DNA of 20,000 nt from Catajapyx aquilonaris. Lineage: Eukaryota. How positions within the stretch are numbered: position 1 is the first letter of the stretch; the number at the start of each line of letters is the position of its first letter. Where the stretch lies: the NCBI GenBank assembly GCA_000934665.2, contig KZ538071.1, positions 120,714-140,713 of the forward strand. Reading direction: 5' to 3'. Under the pieces are notes generated by a model. It saw only the letters and a list, made by a program, of their open reading frames with translations. It did not search any database and was not told the origin of the DNA. Shown one piece after another: positions 1 through 9,301 of this stretch. The translations under genes were made by a program, and so were the position numbers.

Positions 1-844
1 TGCTTCAGGTCTGAAAACCATGATGTGGGCTCTTTACTACGTAGTAGTGAACACTTGCCAAAATTTGGAAACACTGCCCGGCTCGCCCTCTCACTTGCAT
101 GTAGACTGTAGTACCTAGTTAGTAGTACGATAGGCCACTAGTTGGCGCATAGGCTCCCTCTCTGCACACTACTGCCGCTCTCAGGGGGAAAGTAGTACTA
201 CATGCACGTTGTTGATGAGTCATCTCATGGACGGGGCCCACCAGGGCTTCCAAGCAGTGAACTGGTCGGGTTCGCATCGTCCGGTGGTAATATAGTAAAT
301 ATACTGACGTAACTCAAGTTACCTTCAGAGTGGTGATACCCTCCCCATTTGGCAGCCCAGTAATTCTGAGGTCGAAAAATTATTGTAACATCATGGTTCT
401 TATGGATTCAGTTACTTGTGACGCCATTTTTGTAGAGTATGCTTTTATTTAAAAAACTAATAGATACCGGTACTTCACTATATTTCATTTCATCCCAAAA
501 ATACACACAAAAATGTAGGGTAGGCCTGCTTGCTGTTTATGCCTTAAAACAGCTCAGATTCTGGTAAAAGAATGAAAAAATGCCCTGTTAGAGTCAGTTA
601 GGGTCGGAACTCTGGACGTTAAAGATCACTGGGTCACAAGTGCCACTCTGAAGAGGCAGCGAAACACCTATTCTACTTTGGAATCAAACTGGACGGCACG
701 GCATCATCCCGTATAGCGAGTGAAGGTCTGCAGTACCGGTACTGCATTGTTAGTGTTGTTTTATCTGTTACTAGCTTAAATTCGTATGGGAAGATTCCAC
801 TGTACTTTGTCAGTTACACTCACCTAAGCTTGTGTGACCTTGAA

Positions 845-937
845 CCCAAAAAATTTCCCCTGCGGCGGGCTTCTAGTGGGGGGAAGGGGCGGAGGGACCT
901 CGGCCCTCCCTAGACTCCGAGGCTAGTTACGCCACTG
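845..937. mobile_element. Probable solo right end of a hAT-type MITE (fragment)
   Basis: Ends in GGCTAGTTACGCCACTG (reverse complement CAGTGGCGTAACTAGCC), a terminus I recognise from non-autonomous hAT-type elements. It is preceded by a GC-rich tract and AAAAAATTTCCCCTGCGGCG. No matching left TIR or TSD was found in the window. Confidence 0.4.
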
Positions 938-1619
938 GTTATTAGTGGGGAAATGCAACTATTAACGATAGGCTTGTGACGTCAGTACACTATAAATACT
1001 ATACCGTATACTATACGAATGTGATCATTGATTACGGGGGTTGGAGTAACAAATAACAAATAGAACAGGCTGGACCTGCGAGATGAAGCCTTTTTGAGAA
1101 TTTTTGGGGAATTAAATCGAAGGTGCTGCCAACATTTTCAGTTCGACCTCTGGCTTTATAATAGTGTTATTTATGATCGTTTAATTGTAATTAAGACAAG
1201 AAAACTCTGGTACCTTGTCTATTTGCGGTGGAAAACAATTAGTCGATTTCGGTGTCAGAATCTGGTCATTACTTCCGTCGACGAATAATAACTAAGACAG
1301 TGCTTCCCGATCTTTTTCGTTGGCGACTGATACAGTACTTTAATTCGCATCGTCTTCACTCTTTCCTCCCCTTCCATCTTCTCCTCCTTTTCCTGTCTCC
1401 TTTTTCCACCGCAAATAGACGAGATAACTGCGTTCTGGTTCTGTCTTAATTGATGACATTTTTGCTGCCCGATACAAAATTGAAATTTCTCTGATTAAAC
1501 CAGGCACTTGTTACCGATTTATGAGACAAAAAGTATGCCAGTTTCAGAAATTGCATGTATACACTGTGCTGTGCTGTACCGAAAATAAGAAAACATGCAT
1601 TACTGTACTGCACTATATG

Positions 1620-1703
1620 AAACCCGAGAGATTGAAATCCTAATGTCAGTTGGACAATTTTCCTTGGACTCGTCAGTGTCCAACATGGACAGGCTTCACT
1701 GTA
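1620..1703. mobile_element. Probable right-end fragment of a TA-flanked Tc1/mariner (pogo-like) MITE
   Basis: Ends GTGTCCAACATGGACAGGCTTCACTG|TA (reverse complement TA|CAGTGAAGCCTGTCC), resembling TA-CAGTGAAACCT-type termini. No clear left TIR. Confidence 0.35.
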
Positions 1704-2158
1704 TACCGGATTTAGATATTATTTTGTTTTAGAACCGGTCATTCTTTGTTCAGCAAATAAAATAAAATGAAATATTAGAAGCGGATTTTTTCAAAAAGTA
1801 ATTTCAGTTTGCATGGTGCTATCTACTTTCACCTCGCGTATTCAACTACACACGGTGCTCTCAATAGTTTTATTTGATTCTTTACATGTACCTAGTAGGC
1901 CTTTATCACAAAATATAATCAACCTTAACGCCACTATTACTATTCCGGTGTATTAAATTACAAAATATGTTCATTGACCAAAATATTAAAAGATTGAAGA
2001 TTTTTTGAAGGTGACTGTAACTCTCAAGAAGGTAAATACATTTGCAAACATCAAATAACACTCATCTTCATTTAATTACATAATATAGACCATAATTTAT
2101 ACAGTATATACGCAGGCATGGTGTGTCTAAGAAAACATGACATATAGACAAGGGCCGG

Positions 2159-2265
2159 TTTCACCGAGCTCGGTATATGATAAAACCAGGTTTCTTTTGG
2201 AAAATACATACAAATATTTTTTGAAAGAAACCTGGTTTTATCATATTATACCGAGCTCGGTGAAA
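2159..2265. mobile_element. Foldback inverted repeat, MITE-like (possibly PIF/Harbinger)
   Basis: Arm 2159-2197 (TTTCACCGAGCTCGGTATATGATAAAACCAGGTTTCTTT) is the reverse complement of 2224-2265 except for a 3-nt indel. The left flank GGGCCGGTTTCAC resembles Harbinger-type ends, but the right terminus is not matched and no TSD is visible. Confidence 0.7.
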
Positions 2266-2629
2266 TCATGGAGAGAGGTTTAAATCGCGGCTGAGTATAG
2301 ATCGCGGGTTAAACTGGCCACGTCTTCGCAATCCACCCTCAGAGTCTGGTGATATGTATACCGGTATATCTACTCTACACTATAACAATTTTCGATTTTC
2401 AATTTTGGATAAGGAACTGGCTTAGCTCCACATATTCACATAAGAAACAGTCACATTATGTTAACATTCGAAAAAAAAGACAGCCAAAAAAAAAAAACCC
2501 AACATAAAGCTACCAAATATCACACGATGAAATGTCACTGAATAATCAAATAATACACGGTATCTCAATTGCTGCGCAAAAGTATGTAATTAGTTTTATA
2601 GGCGTGTGTATGTTTCATTTGTGAGAGGT

Positions 2630-2633
2630 AAAA
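2630..2633 (-). terminator. RNA polymerase III terminator (T4) of the tRNA gene
   Basis: TTTT on the minus strand, 9 nt downstream of the tRNA 3' end. Confidence 0.6.
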
Positions 2634-2642
2634 GGTATGCCT

Positions 2643-2714
2643 TAGCAGAGCGTGGTTTCGATCCACGGACCTCTGGGTTATGGGCCCAGCACGCTTCCGC
2701 TGCGCCACTCTGCT
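2643..2714 (-). tRNA. tRNA-iMet-CAT: Eukaryotic initiator tRNA-Met (CAT)
   Basis: Minus strand reads AGCAGAGTGGCGCAGCGGAAGCGTGCTGGGCCCATAACCCAGAGGTCCGTGGATCGAAACCACGCTCTGCTA (72 nt). It has A1:T72, three G:C pairs in the anticodon stem, a CAT anticodon, a T-loop ATCGAAA with A54/A60, a fully paired T stem and no encoded CCA. Confidence 0.98.
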
Positions 2715-5700
2715 GTTGGTAGGAATACGGCCCCTTGCGAATAGGCTTATGGTTGTGTGCAAATTTTCAGTGATACGAATCAAGCAGTGGTGATTAAATG
2801 TAACATTGCAGAATTGTGTGTTTATATTAAACAATGTTAAACATTTAAGGTCGAAATATGGCCCGGACGGCTTACAAAAGGGTGTAAAAAAACCGTCAGA
2901 ATATGTGCAGAAATAGGCATGTAATTACTGTATATCCTAAGCTCGAAAGTGGAATTTTGAGGTTCTCTAAATCCGTGGTAACTTTAGATTTCGAACTATT
3001 AAAACACCTTCATGGACGCACATTCCATTGCTCAATAATTTCCTCGAACAATACATTAATATTATTACTCGAGCTACACAGGAACAAATAAAGTGTTCGC
3101 CTAAAATCCAGTCCATATAATATGGAGTCAATAGTTATTATTTAAGAAGTCAGCAAAAATATTGTCCTAATGCATGCATAAACTTACCTAAATTGGATTC
3201 TAATTAATCTGCAATTAACATCTAGACTTCTAGAGTCTGTAACAATACACGGACGAATTTTTCAAAAGCAGTGCTCCTGCTGGGATCAGCATATGAATTT
3301 AAGGCAACTCTAAGCTAAAATCCAACAAAATATTTGGTTAATGCTTGCTATTGGCTCGTCAGTAGCGTAAATCAGACAGGTACATCCCATTCTGATAATA
3401 ACATATCTGTCCCTGATAAATTAAAATATCGTAGAACTCTTGCTAGTTGCATCATCATTGGATAAGATGTGCAGTGAATGGCCCTGAGATATTCTGACCG
3501 AATCCTAGAGACAGCCAACTATACAGTGTGTAGGAAGAGGTGGTTATGCAGAAGCGGTTGCGCGGACACGGAACTGGAGCCAAGGTCACGCTGCCCTCAC
3601 CTTACCTCTCATTCCTCTCATCATCACCCATCCCTTATTCTCACAGCCGCTTCCTGGAGAAGCCCCATTAGAAGGATGCTATAACTCTTCAGGTAGTCCC
3701 TCTATATTGCGTACCATGCTGGCTGCCCCATCAAGCCTCTTATACGCCACTCGACTCAGTTATAGTGCTGCTATATTTTCTAGCCAATTCATTTCAAGTG
3801 TAGTGCTGTGTCAGAACCATATTATTGTCCTCACTTATATGCAATGGTGACGCATAAAAAGTGAGTCTTCCAAATGGACGGATCATGTCTGATATGCACA
3901 ACCAGAGTATGAAAGACAGTTGAATGTTTCAACCTCCAGCATTTATTGCTCTGGCATCTTTTCGCCAGTTTCAAATGCAAATCCTTGGCACCTAAGCTGA
4001 GAGCAGCCTCCAGGGCTTGGCATAGGGAGGGGGTGTACCCCAGTACCTCCCTCGCATTAGTCCCTCCATGATGATAGCGTTTGTCGTTATTCAAATGAGT
4101 CGGGTGTAATCTGCTCGGCAGCTCAGGTTATAAAGTGAAGCGAGTGAGTCAAGTGTATCTGCTTAGCATTCCGGAGGAATGGGGGTCTTCAGATCCCCCA
4201 AGACTTCCCCTAGTGCTGACTCTTACATAGCTGCATGGCTGGGTGACGGCGACAGGCAGGCAGCCCAAATTAGCCGCCTGTTTGATCCTTATCCAGCTAT
4301 GTTTTATGCCAGGCCGCTGACAATGATTTACAAGTAATAACACGGCTCCCGATCGCTCAGCCCTTAACTCACTTATCACGCGGCATGCTGCATGGCGCGC
4401 GCGGGCCTTCTTCTACGCCCCGGGCCACCATCTCTGGACACGCCACTCTTCCCACCTCCCCCATCTCCCGAAAAAAGGACCCCTAAGCACGAACATCCCG
4501 CCGCGATATTAGCACTTTCGGATGGTCCACCATCCACTATACACAACACCATCATGCACCAGCCCCGATTTATTGCCCTTTTGCCTGTTGCAGCTTCAGG
4601 GGGGCTTCTAGACTTATGTCTTCAACAGCTTGAAAAGGACAGTCATACCGAGTATTGTCATCTGATTGTTGCTACTTTTGGCTTAATGTGCCAAACAAGT
4701 CACTCTCCTTGACATACGAAAAGTTGAGGCCGGGGGTACAATGAAACAATGAAGAAATGGCTCCCATTTTGTTGAGTGTACCCCTGTGGGCATTCAAGAT
4801 GGGCGGGGCAGACACTGAAACTGACCCCTCGCAACAAAGAGTAACTAATATCGGTTGAGGTGGGGATATAAAAGAGAGGTGATACTGAAAAGGTCCGCCT
4901 CCAGATGTAACGCATGCGTGCTCCACTTTCATCCCAGCCGACGCCGATTCAGGGACATGCATTTTTATGGTTTTATGATTTTAAGACGAACGATGGATGC
5001 TTCACTTGCGAGCAATCCACTTGCCTCTAATAGCTACTTTTTCACAGTATCTCGACCTTGCATTCCAATTAATATTCCTCATCCGGCCAAAATGTTTGCT
5101 CAATTATTGCCACCTGGTCTTACCAATTGCTACAATGCTGGCATACCATGCATTATCAATGTAAACACTTACACATTGGCACGTAAGATGAACGAACTAC
5201 CTCAAGGACCTTTGTCTTGTTTCACTTACCTAAAAAGGTGTGCCCGGACCTACCGCGTAATCTATGGATATTTTTCAAAATTTTCCACTCTGGCTGTGTC
5301 AGCACTTGGGTTGGAGAATTGCAATTAATGAAGCCGTGATCTTATCATAAGCTGGTAATTATAATGAATCGGACCCTAATGGCACGCAACGCGAGTCACA
5401 ATTTTTCAAAACTGACGTTCGAGGAAAAATATTCACGCACGAAACTGGAACGTTGAGATTTTATGAACCTGGTACCAAGATCAAGATATGGAATTTTATG
5501 CTCTCACAGTATATCATAGCAACTTAAAATTAAGTCGCGTTTGAAACTTAGTAAAAACGTACGATTATAATGTATGTCTACAGTAATGTGCTATTGTCTA
5601 CATAATTGTGGGCCCTATAGGCAGAGGTTGGACGATGTGATCTGACTTTTGGATAGCATATACAACAGGCGTTAAAATGCTATTCGTGGTATCCAACTGT

Positions 5701-5795
5701 GCTAACCAGTGACGTAATCACAAAAGTTCTAAGAAAAACAACCTGCCGGTTTAATCAGGCGTCTGCCTAACTGATTAAGCCAGAGAATGGTACTG

Positions 5796-5945
5796 ATATC
5801 ACAAGAAATTTATTGCTGACATTCTTGAAAGATATTGTCTCCAGATGTGACATCCGGCACCAATGCTCTGGCGACGAAATTGTAACCACAGGAAGTTCGC
5901 AAAATGTCCGTTTAATGTCCCTGCAATATGAGTCGAAGAGCGATA
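5796..5945 (+). pseudogene. Possible decayed Ty1/copia reverse transcriptase fragment
   Basis: Across frameshifts the peptides ISQ / KFIADILERYCLQM*HPAPM / RLMSLQY occur in the order of the copia RT pattern ISQxKYxxDILERF...CKP..TPM...GSLQY. By-eye match only. Confidence 0.3.
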
Positions 5946-6627
5946 ACAAGTAGAAAAACATATGCTATTACTTCCCCCCCCCCCCCAACTGTGGAACAAA
6001 AGTCATCTTACAAATCCGCAAATATTTTATAGGCATTGTTAGTTTTCTGCTCCACCATAATTATGACCATCCTATCCGATGCAATGACCCAACAAAAAAA
6101 AAACCTAACTGAATCTTAATGAAATTAGTTTTCGAAACCGAATCAATCAACCAATGATTGAAAGACTAGAAAGGCTCCACCACCTGTTAATTGGTAGTGT
6201 CACTTTCGTTACAACATAGGATGGACTGGTGATGATGTGGCCATGTGGGTCTCTCCCTCCCTCCCCCCCCCCCTCCTTCCCCCTTTTCTCAGTACTAAGC
6301 ACGACTTCCCAGCTGGAGAAAGGAAAAATGATGGGCTGGGAGGGGCAGTTTATCGGAGGGCCAGCATCGCAATGATTGTAATGGGTCGGTCCCCATACGC
6401 ATGGTCCCAAGCTGGAAATGCCACGTGACCAAAGCAACCCGAGGCCGGCTTCCCCCTATCTCTCTCGCCATTTACAGCTTATAAATCAGGCGCGCCTCGA
6501 TAACGGACTACTTTGAGTGTTTGTTGGCCCTCACCGGTCTCCTCCACCCCCCTACCTGCATCAAATAATGTCGCACACTACCTCCCCCATTTCCAGACAC
6601 TACGACCTGTTTTTCCTTTTTTTATAT

Positions 6628-6827
6628 ATACTATACTCCGACCTAGATTCGAGATGTTCAAAAAAGGTTGTGGATACATTATGGGCCATTCGCTCCAAAC
6701 TGATGTCCACACCTTGCATGGTGGTTGTACCCTTGAGATATCCTGTTTTAATGTCGATTGCAAGAATGCAGTCCTTAATGAACAAATGGATGCTAAGAGG
6801 TACAGTGAAGTTTTTATCAAAAATTAA
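6628..6827 (+). pseudogene. Possible decayed Tc1-family transposase fragment (start of DDE domain)
   Basis: ILYSD (6628-6642), a frameshift, then RFEMF...TLHGGCTLEISCF...QMDAKRYSEVF. This parallels the Tc1 pattern VLFSDESKFxLF...KHGGGSVMVWGCF...MDxxxYxxI. By-eye match only. Confidence 0.4.
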
Positions 6828-7097
6828 CTGAACATGTATTCCGGCTTGAAGTAACAAATCGAGTCGAATGTTATCTGAAATGTGGGTTGAATACCAAAAG
6901 AGATCATAATCGAGAANNNCCCCCCCCCCCCCCCCGGTTTTTTGGTCTTACGGCGAGGTGTCGTGGCACTATGCAGGTGTTTGTAGAGAAAAAAAAGTAT
7001 TTTCTTACCTTTGCATGTGGGCTTCATATCCTTGTTGCGCCATGTGCATGGGTGGACGGAGATGCCCAAAGGTCGCTGGGCGGCGGGGAAGGGTCAC

Positions 7098-7144
7098 AAA
7101 TAAATAAAATTAAATAAATAAATAATAAATAATAAATAAATAAT
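7098..7144 (+). repeat. Imperfect (AAAT)n/(AAT)n microsatellite
   Basis: AAATAAATAAAATTAAATAAATAAATAATAAATAATAAATAAATAAT. Confidence 0.9.
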
Positions 7145-7860
7145 TGGAGATTCTAGAGCCAGGAGGGCTTCACGGTGCACCCCTCCACCGACGACACCCT
7201 CGACCAACTGTAATAAGGAATAACAAATTATCAGTACCGTATACAAAATTTTTGTCAACATAACTCGGAGCTCTCGGTACAGCACCACTCCTGGAATTCC
7301 GCCTTTGTTCGCGACACAAAAGAAACTTACCCTTCGTACCCAGGATGTTTCGCAACATTCTACTGGTAACCCGACGCGATTGTTTATAGGCTAGCTATCT
7401 CAGGAAACGGTCTGCATGCCCAGGCAGAGATGCTGTCGTGTACTGACTACTTCTGATAGAGGCACGGATAGAGGAGCAAGGGAAGGACGTCTGCTGCAAC
7501 CATCGTGAACAAACGGTAAGCAATTAGCACAAACCTGTGCCAGACCCTATCCCCCCCCCCCCCCCCCCCCCNCCCCACCAACCATCGCAGGTGCTAAACC
7601 CCATATGCTAATCAAGGCCGGACCAAGGGAAAGGAAGTGTACAGTCCTCCTGAGAGTCCTCTTGAGACGCTATACCCACTAGGTAGTACGCAAGATCGGG
7701 TCAAATCTTGCCACCATTGTCCAGGATTGGCACCGATGCAATGTTGGTCCTAGATTCGCCAAGTTTACCGCCAACATTGGTGTCGCTATTAAGTTCACGA
7801 TTAAGTTAATCTTGTGTGCTACGTGATACATATTTGCCATGATGGCTCAGCACCCAGCAC

Positions 7861-8104
7861 CAGGGTCCCCTACATGGTTGCCTCCCCCACCCTAACCAGG
7901 GTATTGTCTTCACGTAGTCCTTATGCAATCTAGCTCCAATATGGCCGCCCCATGCTGCAGGATAGGGAATTGGCAAGCGATTCGTTTTTGTTTTTTTTCA
8001 ATTGTTTTTTTTCACTGCATGTAGCTCCTATGTGATTTCGCTCCAATATGGCGGAGAGACAATACCCTGTCTAGGTGGGGGAGGCACTCATGTAGGTGAC
8101 CCTG
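7861..8104. mobile_element. Complete hAT-type MITE, 244 bp
   Basis: TIRs 7861-7909 and 8057-8104 (CAGGGTC[C/A]CCTACATG...CAGGGTATTGTCT; 5 mismatches and 1 indel). Exact 8-bp TSD CCCAGCAC at 7853-7860 and 8105-8112. CAGGG termini with an 8-bp TSD are typical of hAT. Confidence 0.9.
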
Positions 8105-8327
8105 CCCAGCACGAAAGAATGCAATTATCGCGTATTCACTCCAGGCACACTAGGGCAAAAGTAGCTCAGCTGTTATTTTCATAAGTAGCTCCCCAGATAG
8201 TAGCAGCCTACAATATTATAATATGACCCATGTAGTCACAGCGGTCACCGAATACAAAATCAGAAGGCAGTACTCATTCGGCTTGTTCGATCACGACCGG
8301 CCAATTTGAAAAACGATAGGATGGCTG

Positions 8328-8885
8328 ATGCATGTGCTCCAACCTATACTCCGGTACTGTAGCATAAAAATGAGCGTGACTCCCGTTGAGCAGCCAAAAA
8401 TTGAATCTGGTCAGCATCTTATGATGTGCAGTCTGGTGGGCATGGAGCACAGCAGGGTGACCGGAGGCAAGTCTTTTCTGCGTACATGTAATCGTGTAGG
8501 ACTGATAGATGGGAAATTGACAGGCGCTGAGGTAACAGGGGCGTATTTACAGTCCGTGTCGGTTGCTGGGGATGGGGTTTCCACTGATCCACGCCCGACC
8601 ACTTTTCTCCGCTTCAACGTCCTTGGCATCCAGCAAGAAAAGGAGGCGTCGTAAAATGTCGCGGAACACGCGCCTTTCGCCGACGAATTGCCAATAAAAA
8701 CGCGACATAGCCTGGTCTTCCCGGATTACGACCTCTTCGGCATTTATTAACAAGTGCAAGCCCAACTCGCTCCGCTCTCTTATGGCCACAGATAAGAAGC
8801 ACTTCACAAATTCGCCCTTCAGCTCAGTCGACAGCAGATGCACATAGACAAGTCGAAAATGAAGGGAAAACCGCTAACTTTGTAG
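8328..8885. other. Coding-like block of uncertain strand (overlapping in-register ORFs 8328-8654 plus and 8547-8843 minus)
   Basis: CpG-rich with open frames on both strands. The plus frame contains GKSFLRTCNRVGLIDGKLTGAEVTGAYLQSV, reminiscent of p25alpha/EF-hand-like repeats, and continues past stop codons to 8885. Confidence 0.25.
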
Positions 8886-9145
8886 TAGGCTGTCAGTCGT
8901 CAGTACAATGAAGGGAGTGTACCGGTACCAGAAAATTTTGGTACGATATGCAAAAATTAATTAATCCATTACAATCGTGTAATATTGTCATTAACGCAGC
9001 AACATTATTGTGCAACCAATTATATACCGAACGCTATTGGATTGTTGAAATTTATCATATGCAGATATTTTGACTGATCTGCAACACGTTTCATTTGGAA
9101 GACTCCAAAACAGTTACCGCGCAACAAATGCAGCATAATATAAAT

Positions 9146-9301
9146 CATAGGCTACATATTTCGACAGTGCTCGCATATACACAAGGCATAAATTGCCTGG
9201 TTGTAAAGCACGAGTTTAAAAGGGGCGGAAAGCACCAACTCCTCAAAGCCTTCAAGAAAAATTATGACAACCCCTTGCAAATGCTTGCTTTGCATAAATA
9301 T
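9146..9301 (+). pseudogene. Possible decayed Penelope-like element RT C-terminal fragment
   Basis: HRLHISTVLAYTQ...NCLVVKHEFKRGGKHQLLKAFKKNY...KY resembles the Penelope-like pattern YGVYISQLIRY...CLTxKLLxQGYxxxKLxKAFxKFY...KY. By-eye match only. Confidence 0.25.

Noticed and set aside
323..653. 11-bp inverted pair CTTCAGAGTGG / CCACTCTGAAG
   Set aside because: Does not extend and has no TSD; compatible with chance.
628..670. Hammerhead-ribozyme-like core CTGAAGA-G-GCAG-C-GAAAC
   Set aside because: No stem I and stem III arrangement places a cleavage triplet correctly in any topology.
2565..2834. 89-aa ORF on the minus strand
   Set aside because: It is a translation through the tRNA gene.
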